Shown in pieces: positions 48,385-62,436 of a DNA stretch of 64,000 nucleotides (the first letter of the stretch is position 1; each line of letters begins with the position of its first letter). Source of the stretch: Thalia democratica (Eukaryota); contig OZ241826.1 in assembly GCA_965202585.1 (NCBI GenBank), forward strand, positions 30,566,001 through 30,630,000, read 5' to 3'. A program made the position numbers and the translations under genes. The notes beneath the pieces were generated by a model. It was not told the origin of the DNA and ran no database searches. It saw nothing but the letters and a program-made list of their open reading frames with translations.

Positions 48385-49472
48385 CTTGTGAGCATATTGT
48401 TATGTTGTGTTAATTTTACTTGTTCGTTAGGAATTAAAAAGTTGCCTCAATTTGGTTTGAAACTATTCAAAATTTTAAAGTTTATTGAAAACTGGAGACT
48501 GTGTCAAATAGTTCTTTGTTATATACAAATAAACTTTGACGGCTAATAATTAAAGATAAGCAATTAAACTGTTGAGTAGTATAAGACAAGAACCAGCCAT
48601 TTAGATCAAATAAAATAACATTTAATTATAGTTTAAAACAGGCGGGGTGCGATAAAACGAGGGAAATTCGCGTCAAAATCGACCCCTACACGCTCCACAG
48701 CACCCAATATCTGCTAGTATGCGACAGAGGGTTAGTGGTAGACCACTGGGTACAAGTTTCAACACGGGGAATTTTCGCGATTGTGACGTGAGTCAGCTGC
48801 AGAGGACTCTAAAGAAACTTAATTGTTTGTTTTTTGAAACAATGCAGTAAGGATTTCACTCAGTTTAAATGCATGCTACTATATTACGAATATCTGTATT
48901 TAATTTTTTGACAAGCTCAGAAACAGTAAGCAAGCTTTTACTCACAGTAAGGCAGAAGAAAATTTACAAGTTTAACATATATTGTATACAGTTTATTTTA
49001 TGTATGCTTTAACCTAAACTTAATTTAAAATTTCATATATTTTTATCATAATTTTGCCATGGAATAAAATAATATTCTAAACAATTGCTGAAGAGCTCGA
49101 GATCAAGAAGTAATTCAAAGAAGAAAAGTGAACAGTAGAATGAAGAAACGAAACAAATTAAAAAACACAATACAATGCCCAAACCCAACTTCAATGTCAA
49201 GTGTGTGAATAGATTTGGTTTAGATTTAAAAAGGTTACTATTAACTTACTATGTATAACTATAGTTTAATATTAATTAAAGCATTCAAGAAATTATTATT
49301 TCAAAACTAGTCAACTTTGAAAAACAATAACAAGAAAAATGGTTGAAAATACCAATTTTCATTCAAACAAAAAATACCTGAACAACAAATTTTAGAATAC
49401 AGCAAAGTACTAAAACACCAATAAATAGACAGGAGGTGGTCAATTTGTTACTTAGAAGCGTCAAGTGGTAGC

Positions 49473-49486
49473 GTTGCCATGAAAAC
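49473..49486. promoter_or_regulatory. RFX X-box-like motif GTTGCCATGAAAAC (also 63692-63705)
   Basis: Near match to GTTGCCATGGCAAC inside a locally GC-richer island; motif match only. Confidence 0.25.
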
Positions 49487-52400
49487 TGGGAAGGGTTCTC
49501 GGTAAAATCGAACAATGGGGGGGACAAGTTGCAATTAATAGGTTGAGCAACAATAACAATAATAAGAATGATAAGAATATAATTATAATAATTATAACAA
49601 TAATATTCAATTATTATTAACAATAATTAATATACTGAAATGAATATTTACTTAAGAAACTAAACAAATCAAATTTTAATATTAAGACTGAGTTTTAGTA
49701 GAAGTTTAAATTTTTAGCTAAGTTTTAAAATCAATATAACAACAATAATAATAATAATCAAAGCTGTATGTAGCTTTCTTTTTCTTCTAAATAATTTACA
49801 GAGTAAACATTGCTTAAGCAAAAGTGTAATTAATGAAATGAGCTTAAAATTTAATTGAATTTGGTGTAGCTTATTTTAATTGTGACAAAATTATTGATAA
49901 TTTGAAGAATCTTGTGCTTTTAATCGTTATTAAAATTAAAATTTCTTCTCAAATGCTTTATATGAAAGCTTATAATTAAAATAAATTTTTACCTAAAAAC
50001 AAAACAAGTTAAATTATGGTACTAAGTTTGAATTTTTGGCAAAGTTTAAAATAGTAGTTAAATTTAAAAATCAAAGAACAACACAAACAAATAATAATAA
50101 GTGGGCTTAAGTTAAGATGCATTTTAATCAAGCTAAATTTTATTGTGACTTAAATATTGCAAAGTTAAGTAATTTTGTGCTTGTAATAGTTACCAAAGTT
50201 TGAAAATTTTGCTTGAATAATTTAGAAAAAAAAAATCTTTTAACTTTAAGAAAATTATAGTTACAAAAATTAAAAAGCATGCATAAAACCTGCATTACGA
50301 GTAATTTAAGTTTTAAAGTGGAGTTTTCGGAAGTGCGGGCAGGAATAAAAAAGTTCGTACCGTTTGTTTACCATATTATTATTTATTTATGTTGTTCTTT
50401 GATTTTTAAATTTAACTACAATTTAAACTTTGCCAAAAATTCAAACTTCACCAAAGTGATTTAAAACAATAATCATTGTAATTTTTGTATACAAAAGTTT
50501 TAAAAATCATTTCATATCATTAATGAAATATTTAATTATTTTAAATTTTGGTTATTTATAATTTAAATCTATTAAACATATAAAAGTAGAAACTCAGTAA
50601 AGTTCCATTTATTTAAATAGAAATAAGAGAAAATTTTATAGTACTTAACCTACAGTATACATTCAATTTAAACTAAAACTTAAAACTTTTAAAAGTTTTT
50701 TACTCTACCCTTAAAAATATAACAGTAAGTACAAAAATGGTGCTTTTTAAGGGTGGAGTAAAACACTGCAACAAGTAACTACTTCCTGAGCTAAAGACTA
50801 AACTAAATAGAAAAAATTATCAAACTAATGCTTCTTAATATGCTTTAAAATAATAATATAAATAGAAAACAATTAATAAATAATAACAATATGCTTTGTA
50901 GCATGAATAATGTAGTAACAAAAATCATACCATGTAGTACCAATTATAAAAAAAAACTTGTTTCTTATAGATCTAAAATAAAATAAAATGAAATGAATTA
51001 CCGTTGTAGTACTTGTCCATAACATAAATATTGTTATCTATATCCATATCGTTTGGATTTTAAAATATTTGTCGACAAATTTATGTCTTCATTTAGAAAA
51101 TATCTTAAATGTTACTTTTATTAAATTAACAGCAAATATTATCAAAATCATAAAAAGTTTTAGTGATAGCTGTAGAAGTTAATTTAATTACTTTTAATTG
51201 TAGCTTGATACCATTGTATTCCTTATTTTTACCTTAGAATATATTATCCATAATAAGTCTGTCTAAGTATTATTAAAACATATATTAATTAGATTAAGGT
51301 TCAAGGTAACATTAATGCAAATGGACATTGAAACCTGATACCAATGAAGATTTAAATTAAAATAAATTCGATTTTAAGAAGTTTAGAAGTTTATTTATAG
51401 TTACATTCATTAGCATTAAAATAATTGCGGTTATTATTAAACAGTACAGATTTAGTATCAAACTTTACGAGTTTCTAAAATAAACAAGCAAAAACTTTAA
51501 ATGTTTTAAAAAAATTCTAACTTCAACTAATTCAAACAGTCTACAGCTGGAATCCTATATTACAGATATTAAGAATAAACGCTTCATATATGTAATAGTT
51601 TAAGCATATTACAATTTTTTACCAGTAAGCTACCTATTTATTTTTTCGCCTCTTGCTAGGTATTGACTTTTGATAGGTAAAATCGCTCACAAGGTGGCGA
51701 CATCCGGGCCATAGTTACTAAAAAGTTTTTGTAGTAACCAATATAAAAATAAAATTTTAAACCAAAGTTTTTAATACAATAAACAAAAGCAAATCACTAG
51801 TAACGTGCAATAATTAAATTAAGAGCCTAGTTGTAAACTTTTACTACATAAACTTTTCTTATTACTGTTTTTTAAAGAGGTACGTTTTTAGTTGAAAAGT
51901 ACCCCGTGTGCCGCAGGTTTTAGCTATCAAGGCCGAATTTAAACCGCAGTTTGCCGACTCCGGTTTTAAGCTAAAATAATTCAAGCAATATTTTAATTTT
52001 GTATAAAATAAACAAATTTAAAAACATGAAAATAATTAAAAAATATCTAGCTTCGAAGGTATCTCAGTTAAGACGTTATAAATTTAATTTATCTTTTTTT
52101 GAAAAATGTTAAACATACTATTTTTAACTAACATGTCTTGTAAGAACTGGAGCAGAAGGTAACTGACCAAACAACAAAGCTGTTTTCATTAAAAGTAAAA
52201 TAATTGATTATTGTATTTTAATGTGCTGGTACGACCGATTAACGTCTCGTAGATGATGTTACTTAAATACGAAACTGTAGTTTCCAAAGCTAATGTTTTT
52301 TGAGTTTTTTTTTGATGTTTGTATTATTAAAACTACTATTAATATGTTTTCAAGTTCGAGTTGGCATTAACAACAGTCTATCTTTTCTAAAGTTGTTAAA

Positions 52401-53411
52401 AGTCAAGTCGTGAAAGATTGAAAGACCATCCAGCTTTTTATTTTCTTAGAAATACTATTTATTACAACTTATGTATAAGGAATAAAATTCATTCTGCATT
52501 TCGAACCTTTGTTTTGTAATAGTTTAAGATAAAACAAATAAAAGGTTTCCTCGTACAAAGAACAATTTACCGAATTGAATTAAGTTGTCAATTAGCTTGT
52601 TGTATTTATTAGAAATAGTAGGCTTCAGGTATATTAAATTGCTTGTTACACTATTTTTTTTAATGCTATTTAATAGTCTTCAATTTAAGTTACCAAATTA
52701 TTGACAGTTGTGTTTTATGTTATTATATACAACTCTATATTTAAAGTTTTAGTTCGAAGCTTATTATATTTAAATCCAGAAGTAAAAAATGTAGAATACA
52801 ATAGAAAGCATATTGTTAAACATCGATATTTTAAATATTAAGCTACTTAACTTCTACAAATAAAATATATTATAAATTATACAAATAAACAATGTCTATC
52901 CAGGATATTTATTACAGAATAAATCTTTAAATAGTATGCAACTACTACATCTAGTAAACAATATTGTTTGAACTATTTTTAAAACTTGAGAAATAATTGT
53001 TATTATATGTTCTTTAATTCTTTTTTTAAATTGATTATTATCTATCTGTGTAAGTCTTTATGGGAAAAAACCAAATAGAAAATAAAAAACTCCTAATTAT
53101 TTTGTTCTTTATCAGCTTAATTGACGTAAACCTTAAAGTAATGAAGGTAGTTTTAAAGTTTATGACAAAAATCAATAAAAAACAAGTACCTTTATAAATA
53201 AATATAAATTAGGCTTATTATAATAAAAACTTAAGTTCAACGACTTTTTCTAATTTAAGAACGCAAAATTTTTATGCAAATGTTTAAATTATAAAATAAA
53301 AAACAGCGTAGTTAATGTTTTATATTTATTAGTAAAAATGAAGCATATAGATTATGTACTAGAAGATAATAATAGATCGAGAAGCAAACAATAGATCGAG
53401 AGGCAAATAAT

Positions 53412-56400
53412 CTAATAAATGTTGGTTTCCGAAAAACTTTTGAATAACTTCAAGTCTCCCATCTTGCGTATTGGAACGAAAGTTGTGATGCTCTGTAAAA
53501 AGTAAGTAAATGTTAATATTAATAAGACTTCTGAATAAATACGTTTTAAAATATTACAAAATAAACGTACAACACTTTTTGGGTTTACATTTAAACTAAT
53601 AAATTGTATTTTTTCTAGTAACGTTTTACTTTAACTTGAGTTAGGTGTCATCTAAGCAAGAACAAATATGTTATGCACTAAAAAGGTTTTTTAGAAATTA
53701 AGTTATGAAATAAAAATTTGAGTACCTTTACTTTTAGCCTGTTAAGAACACATCAGTATATAACAAACTTGAAAAATTTCGGATTTAGAAAATGCTTCTA
53801 ACTATAATTTTCAGGTTTAATGGAAATTAATATGAAAATCTAACCTGTTGGGCGTGCTCTTTGCTGTTCACAGTCCCAATAACCACATACGAGTTGTTGT
53901 CTCCGTACTCTTTCTTGATGCGTGCGTACACGGAGCTCTTGCCCACCACTTGAGAGCTGTACACGTCTGCAATGTCCACGTACCGGTCCAGACCGAACAC
54001 CACAAGTTTGGACGCCGCATCCGACAATTCGCTGTTCGTACAAATCAAGTTCTTGGCTCCTGGTCTGTTTAGAAAAAATACATTATCTTGGTGTCTGATC
54101 TAACCAATGAGTTATAACTTTATTTCTAACTTAAACTACTTGTTAGACCAAGACATATAGAATAGGAAAAAAAATAGTTAATAAAAGCAACGTTTATAAG
54201 CAAAATGTTTAAATAAAAAAATCTATTATAAAAATTAATAGTTTATGATTGATTTTAGTTAGTAAGAAGAAGATCAAACTTGCTATGTTTAACGTCGAGA
54301 ACGGCTGTGGACGCATCCAACCACATCTTAGCGGATCCGGTCATCAACCGTTCCTTGTTTCTTGCACATCTCTCCTTGGCGTCTCCCACCTCGTTCCGTT
54401 CTCCTTGCCAGCTCTGGAACTTCTTGTAGGTGTCACGGATCATGCGGTACCTGAAATGTTGTGTAGATTATTTTATAAAAGCTCAAAAGTTTATTTTTTT
54501 CAAAAGTTACCTAAGAATGATATTAATAAAAATTTTCTCAATGCTCAACTGTTAGCATACATGATTTCAGTTGTTATTTAAAATTAATACAACGGTAAAA
54601 ACTAAATATAAAATGAAAACTTTTGATACTTTTAATCAAAACAAAATAAAAACACCATACAAACCTGAACGCCAGCTTTTGTAGAAAACCAATTGAGTTT
54701 TTTTCTTGGTGCGTTCCAGAGGCATGGAAAGCAATATTGCAAAATCCATCTTGGGAGAAATCGTAAGTGGACAAGTCTATGTTTAAGTTGTCGTCTTCCG
54801 AAACATCTTCAACATTGGGCTGGCCGTAATTCTGATTAAATAGTTAAAAAATATGTTTTTATCATTAAAATTTTATCTTGTCGAACATTCAAAGTTTTAA
54901 AAAAGTTTTGTTTAATACATTTTGACCTATATTTACACGGTTTAAAAACTATGAGGTCATGCAATTGATATTGAACAATGTGGTTGTGTTTAGTTTTATT
55001 TAATTATAACAAAACAGATGCATAGATATGAAGCTAATGTTTATTTATTAGCGCTCTATAGAAATTATTGCACTTGTTTTTGTTAAACAGTTCTTTGATT
55101 TATCTAATTAAGTTCAAACTTAAAATGTTACTTTCAAGTTTATTCCATCCAATAATAACATGGTAATAAAATCTAAATATAATATAACTATGATAGTAGT
55201 TAAATTAAAAAAAAAATCTTTTCTTACACTTAATGACACTTGGAATGGTTTATATGTAATAGTAAGTATTTATTTACAGGATTTAAATATATTAGGTAAA
55301 CGATATTTATGTTTTTATCAATATTTCACGGTTGCTTTAAAAAAAAAAATGGTCCAGAAAACGTTTATAGACTGTTTTGTTAAAAAGCATACTAAACATT
55401 TATGTTTAGTATAACATTATATAGTTTCAGTTCACAGTTGGTTTGAATATGCGAAGTAGCAGTCATGACACAGATTACTATTTTTACATGTAATTTACAA
55501 CTATGTGCTTAGATAACTATATAAATTCAATGTATTAGTTTAAGATAAATTTATTTAAATTAATTGACGTCTTATTTAATAAGTTCTTTAAAAAGTTTGC
55601 GCGTTAAAAAACGTTTAGACGTTGCAATTAAACTATACGAACAAAAATAATTGAACTGACTAACTATGTTAACAATACTAAAAATCTAAACAAAACAAAC
55701 TTCAAGATCTTTCTTGAAGAAGAAGTTGTGTCCGATGTGATCTATCATGTTAACGGACCACTCCAACAGCATTTTGGTGTCATTCTGTTCCTCATAATTT
55801 GATGCAAGCGTTATTGCTGCTCCAAACACTTTAGTGTCCGGTATAAGTACGTCATTTAAGTCGAATATGTACACTCGCTATAAATAATGTTAGTTTTAAT
55901 ACAACTAGTGAATATGTAAAACGTTATGTATTAAGGTATGTTATGTGTATAGGTTGAGGTTGCCTAATGTATTCATTATAATTTCTGGTTAAGCAAAATG
56001 CAATGGTCAACTGTAAATAATCGAATTAAAAGTATTAACTTAATTTTAGGAAAAATGAATTCGATGAATTCAGCTGTTTTTTGAAGTTAGATATAAAAAA
56101 GAAAATATAACTTGTATTAGACATTAGTTTAGAAGTTTAAAATAATTGTATTAGTGTAACGTTTAAAAAAAATGTCTGAAGAAGATTTCCATGCCCCCGT
56201 GCTTAAAGTTTAAAAATTAAAAGTTTGCACAAAAATAACTTTCAGCGCAAGTTGCTACTTGATTAATATTATTTCTGATGCAACTCAAAGCTTAATCACT
56301 TAATAGTGAACAAACAACCAGCCAGTTGCCATTCTCTTTTACTCTTTCCGCTAACTTTAACGGTTAGTTTGACAACTACGTTCATATTTATATTTTCTCA

Positions 56401-58494
56401 TTTGTTTTTTTTTTCTTTTCCATTATTGGTACAACATAAACTATCACCCATTTTAGTTTAACGACAATTTTTGTTTTTTATTTTAACTTTTTAGATCAAT
56501 CAAATACAATTTTACAATAAAAATTTTGCAAAATTTAAAAGTACAACATTACAGGCGTTTGGAGTGGAGTGATACACTTTAGTAATTACTTCAAACTACT
56601 AATAACACTTATAAGCAAAATTATTTTTTTCCGCAAACTTTATCAACTAAACAGCTCGTAAAAACCTTCTAATAAATTTTGAGTAATGAAATACACTTAG
56701 CTTAACACTTATGTTTGAAACAAACCTTTTTAGGGGGAGGTACTATAATTTTCTGGGTTCCATTTCTTCGTTTTCTTGGTGGCATGTTGAAATAGTTTGC
56801 CGGGTACTTCATCTCAACATTCTTAAAAGTTGGAGCTGAAAATGATTGATTGTATAAAATTCATTGTTTACTTTCCATTGTTAAACTTAAAGCAAATTAC
56901 AACATTATGTAATGTTTATAATGAAAAATAAAAACTTACTACTTTGTGCTGTAGTTTCAAAGATTTTGTTTTTATTTCGTTTAAATTCCATAGTAATCGT
57001 GAAAAAAATTAATATAAATTAAGTTTACATACTTTATAAAAAAAAAGAAATTTTGCAACACATTGATTATAAATTGTACTTTAAATTCATTATAACTAAC
57101 GTAACCTCTCTGGCATTTATATATACAATAAAAATAAGCTAAATGAATGCTACATACTTTTATTAGAAAACTAAATTAATTTTGTTATTTAAAGTATAAC
57201 GATTGAAACTTAGACAAGAAATATTATTTGCAAACTAAAATAATGCAAAGTTACTGATTGTTAAACATTTAAAAGCCGAAGTTTACAAATTTAATTACAA
57301 ACCTTCAGCTATCGGCAGAAATGTATACGTTTTCATTTGTTGTGGTACCAAATTATTCCCATCATTAAAAGTAGCCGTTTGTTTTGAAACAGCTGGCTGA
57401 ATAGAGTTTGCTTGGTCCACACTAGCTTGATTGTTAACACTGGCTTGATTGTTAACCACTGAACTGTTGCTTGCTTGGGGTTGATTGGCATTCACATTGG
57501 CCATCAGGTTGTAACTGGATGTACTCGCTTGAGATTGAGAGGGAATTCTTGCCTGGGAGCTACAAAGGGCGCTTCTCTGAGCGTTGTTTGGCATCGAGGT
57601 GTTATATGGGAGAGGTGTCAGGGGTAGAGGAGCCCGAAACTGATTAGGACAAGGGTATGGAGGATGAAGAGGAGGAAACTGCATGTGGTTGCCATAGTAA
57701 CCTGCTAGAATCTGTAAAATATCTTTTGTAAATTTAAATGTATAAGACTTAATAATGCAAAATGCTACATAAGTTTTCAGACAATCATTAGTTTGAAAAT
57801 AACAAACTTGTTTAGTACTGTTCAAATTTATAAATTCATTAGGATTTTTAATAAAAATTCTTATTTATTATAGTGGCTTGTTTAAAAACTCCTGTTTTTT
57901 TTTCAATTGTTATTAGTATATACTAGTAAGTTGACTGTTCACTTATCAATCATTGTTTTTATGTAATAAAAATATTACATAAGTACTAATTATGCATAAA
58001 TATTACAAACTAAACTACAAATCCTAATGTATTTGGTAAGAGATTGAAAATCATTTTGTTTAGCTAAACTTATGTATATATTAAGTTCAACTATATATCA
58101 GACTAATCTAATCTTAATTTGAGGCGAATAGTTATTATTACAGTTGATTTCAATCTAACGTTGCCAAAAGAAAATATATAATAATAAAAACCTTCACGTC
58201 ATTTGTTATCTCAGTTTGATCCTTTACCGCCAGTGAGCCCAATTGAATAAGATTTTTGCCTAATATCTTGTGGATCGAATTTGATAAAGGTGGCGCAAAT
58301 TTCCTTATCACTGTAAATATCCTCATGCCTTTGTAAGCATCTTTCTGAGTTTCTATGTACAAATTGCAATGGGCTTTCAATTCCAACAATACTTTTATAT
58401 TCATTTTTGATCTTAAAACACTTAGTTGGATTTGGCATGTAAATAAAAACTGGCTGTTCGTGGAGTGCTTCGTTGATGATTGTAAACATTTCAT
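53412..58494 (-). CDS. eya: EYA-like protein copy C (~548 aa), predicted pseudophosphatase, intact frame
   Basis: Exons 58494-58192, 57711-57303, 56948-56940, 56835-56726, 55877-55701, 54831-54665, 54450-54280, 54064-53845 and 53492-53412; all GT-AG, 1647 nt, no internal stop. The first exon assignment is less certain. Confidence 0.85.
56940..56948 (-). CDS. eya: 9-nt microexon of EYA-C (CACAAAGTA)
   Basis: ACTACAG|CACAAAGTA|GTAAGT, phase 1-1. Confidence 0.75.
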
Positions 58495-60532
58495 TTAAAG
58501 TAAGGTTACCTGCAAAATTTAGTAGAACTTTTATATTATAATCACATTCTTAGGTTTATATACAAATGTATTTACTAAATAATGATTGAAACACCTAATA
58601 CATAATAATTATTTTAGATTCAATTATTCCTAAGTACTAGACTTTTAATTAACAAAATAAAGTATACAAAATGCACTTTTAATGTTGTATCTAAGTATAA
58701 ATTCACATACAAAAGGAGCGATGTTTACTTACACAAAATACACAAACAATAGGCTTGAATGTTACTTTTAAAGTCTTATATTGAATAAAATACGATTAAA
58801 AAAAGTACTGGCTACAAAAGTATCTAAAGACTTTAATATAATACTTAGTTATACTCTTTTGATAATATAAATAAACTTACGATAATATGTATTTTAGTTT
58901 TGTAACGGTTTTATTTTTGTTAAAAATCTCAAACTGTCTGAAAAGCTTGACAGTCAAAACTAAAATAAAAATTGAAAAAAAAAAAGGTTTTATTGTTTAA
59001 TGAGGGTAACTCTTCTAGTCGGCAGGTTTTATAGAAAAATTCTACTTCGGGCCGGACTTGTTAAAAAATAACTCTTTTTAAAATTCTTGTATAAAAATAA
59101 AACAAAAACTTTTAAGAGCTAATTGAAATTATATATTCAATTAATAAACATTATTACTGCGTACGAAAAAAAAAGAAGCAAGTCTTTATAACGTATTCTT
59201 TGAGTTTTTAATTTAGTTTCTTTTTAGTTTTAAACCATTCAACTATATTGTTAAAAGAGTAAAAAAAAATAAATTGTAAGAGATTTTTAGTCCTATTGCT
59301 GCACAAACTAGCATAAAAATCAATATAAACCAGGGGCGTATCGTAGAGTGTAACAAAAGAATTTTAGCAGTTAAGAAAAGTAAAACTTTTTTTTTAGTTT
59401 ATTGAGTACTAAGTTTCTGTGCTTTATAAGTGAAAAGAAAATTATAATAAAAGTTTATTTTAAAAAGAAAGCGAAAAAGTGAAGAAAAAAAAAAAAAAAC
59501 TTTCTAGAAGCAACATTTTACCCTTCCATATACAGAGACTACTTTCTACTGTAGAAAAGCGATCAAATTTGCATAAAACTTAAAGTTTCAATGCAAAAAG
59601 TTGACAAAATTATGCAAGTTAACTTTGTTCAAGTTATTTAATTTATTTTCTAATATTATAACACCTTTGGTAAGCTTAAGTTTAGCTAACCATTTTTGTT
59701 ACATATATTTTATTGAAATGATACTATAAAAACAATTTTTAAACAGTATTTTTTGTAACAACATTAATTTTGTTGAAAAAGGTTTGATTTAAACTATGAT
59801 ACTTAACAACAAACACAATTCTAATATAAGTGTAATAGCAAAAAATATATCATTATTTTATTATTTAAGCCGTAAATGTGTCTTACAATTATTACTATAC
59901 AATGATTTGCTAAAAATGCTTTATATAATATTTTTCGTTTTGTTTTTAAAAGGTTAAACTCGTACTTTTAAGTTATTGATTTTTTTTTGATTCAAACATT
60001 AATTTGACACCTATTTTGATTAAAAGAATTAAAACATAAAAGTTTAAGTAAGGAAATTGACCTTGAATGTTTTTAACTATTTGTACTTTAGTATTGAAAA
60101 GAAAATTAACAAAAACATTTATTATAACTAGATTTCAAGTATTACGAATGTTCTTATTTACTTGTCGCTCAAATAAATAATAAATGTATTTATCAACGCA
60201 CCGTCTAATTTTCTTTTTGTTTTCTATGCACAAGTTAATTTGCTAGAATAACTGACTAGAAAGTGTAGAGCTTCACACAAAGAAATTTAAAATGATAAAG
60301 CTAAGTATTAACTATTTATATAAAGAATTTTTTTCGAAGCATTAATACCATGAAAAAATAATAACAAATTGTTTTGAGTGTATTTAGTGGTTTTGTTGGT
60401 ACAGACTTTAAGAATAGATAGCAAACTCATGATAGTTATAATTTGGTCTCTAGAAAATAGACAAACAGATATATATGTATATAAATATTTGAGTACACTT
60501 CTTACAGTTCGTTGGCTAATAGGTATGTTATA

Positions 60533-60973
60533 CGGGAACGGGTTAAAAATGCACGAAGGGACAATTTTGTAGATGAAACTTTTCCACGAAGGGAATTTTT
60601 TGCACGAGGACACTTTTGCATATAACACTTTTCCACGAAGACACTTTTGCACGAAGAATCAAGTTATTTGAAGAATCATTTTTGCACGAGAGTAAAAAAA
60701 AATAAAAAAATAATATAAAAATAAATAAAAAACAATTAAATAAAAAAAAAACAAAAAGATACCGACCGAGAGTTAGAGCTAGGAGTAACCATGGTAGTTA
60801 AAGAAATAAATAATATAAAAAAAAAACAAAAAAATAAATAGTTTCCGACCGAGGGTAAGGGTAAAGAGTAACAGTAATAGTAAAAATAAAAAGAAAATAA
60901 CAAAACTTTTATAAAAAAGAAATCTAAAAATAAACCCGTTTAAAAGTGTCTTCGTGCATAATTTGCACCTACC
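60533..60973. mobile_element. MITE-like element, unit-2 copy of 46455-46879
   Basis: Same structure; the right flank is TAGA instead of TATA. Confidence 0.6.
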
Positions 60974-61479
60974 TAGATTGAAAATGTCTTAATAGTTATT
61001 GAGAATGTGTTACATATAAAAAGGGAACAATATGATTATAGATTGTTATATATAATAAAAGTTTAAATATTTTTAACGAAAATGCATACAAGTAATAAGT
61101 TAAGGTCCTGTCACACAGTTTTTAATTAATACGGTTTTTAAGTGTTCACTGAAACAAATTAGAAATATATTGTTGTAAACTTTTTTTTTTATTTATTAAA
61201 ATCTCTCTATTTTGTAAAGTCTTTTTGTATAACATTTTATTTGAAAAAGTAAAATACTTTTAATAATAAATAAAAATATGTTATTTTTACATACTGCTTC
61301 TTTGTAAATGAAAATTATCAAAATTAAAACGATATTGACCGCAGCTTTTGAATATTTATTCATACAAATAAGAAAAAAGTTTAGAAACAAAAAAACTATT
61401 TTTATACGCATTATTAGCGACAAAAATATGACGAGAAAAGAGTTAGCAACAAAACACTTGGGTAAGTTATCAAGACCGG

Positions 61480-61550
61480 CTCGACTACTTTATTCACAAC
61501 TGCACTATGACGTCACAAAGCGACACGTCATCGACGTAATCAGCTAATCA
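61480..61550. promoter_or_regulatory. CRE-rich CpG island, unit 2
   Basis: TATGACGTCACAA at 61506-61518. Confidence 0.4.
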
Positions 61551-61801
61551 CAACTCGAACAAAATAGTAGTGAGGTGTTTGCTAAAGTACAGTAACGACA
61601 TCAAGTTAGTTTTTGTTGATTAATGCGGTCAAACACAAACTTCATTCAATGCATGGTTGTTTTAATTATTTAGAAAAACTGTTTAATTGTGCTGCAAAAA
61701 AAATAAAGTAGTTTTATGTTTATAACAAAGAAAACGAAGTATTAAAAATATATAGAAAAAATATTTTACTAATATTCAACTTTTAACCAAAAATATTAAT
61801 T

Positions 61802-62070
61802 TAGAATAAATTTAAAACTTCTTTTAATACCTACAGGATAAACATCGTTGAGTAGTTTAAAATAGTATAACTTTCGTTATAACTAGTCTTTATTAGTCTA
61901 TAAATTAAACATTAATGCTTGTAATTAAGTGAATAAATAAAGTAGAATAAATTTAAAACTTCTGTTAATACCTACAGGATAAACATCATTGAGTAGTTTA
62001 AATAGTATAACTTTCGTTATAACTAGTCTTTATTAGTCTATAAATTAAACATTAATGCTTGTAATTAAGT
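61802..62070 (+). repeat. ~129-bp tandem duplication (period 141) specific to unit 2
   Basis: 61802-61930 is repeated at 61943-62070; single copy in unit 1 (~47722-47850). Confidence 0.9.
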
Positions 62071-62436
62071 ACCATTTTACTGCAAGACAAACCATTTTTT
62101 TCATTATAAACTTTATTAAAAACTTAAGCGCTTCCGAAATTTCAAGACTCCCAATATTAATGCTTTTGCTAATAATTTATTTTTTAATCAATGAGTTTCA
62201 GCAAGGTGTTTTGATGTTAGAAAAACAAAACAGAAATCGCCGAATTGCAAATGACGAAAAAATTGAAATAAGTCCTATCATCTCACATCAGTTTGATAGT
62301 AATTATGAAAAAAATATCTGTCTTACTCAAAAATGTACGTCTTCTTTTTGGTTTGATTAATTATTCTAGATACTTATCAAACTTTGTCGAAATCAAGTAC
62401 AAGTTTAATAAAACATTAAAGTTGTCATTAAAACAG

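Larger units (their letters stand above)
36367..50452. repeat. Segmental tandem duplication unit 1 (~14.1 kb)
   Basis: Colinear with 50453-64000 at offset 14086-14218 bp; homology begins AAAGTGATTTAAAACAATAATCATTG in both. Confidence 0.95.

Noticed and set aside
49363-49623. 86-aa minus-strand ORF
   Set aside because: Its N-terminus derives from an (AAT)n-like low-complexity tract; no homology evidence.
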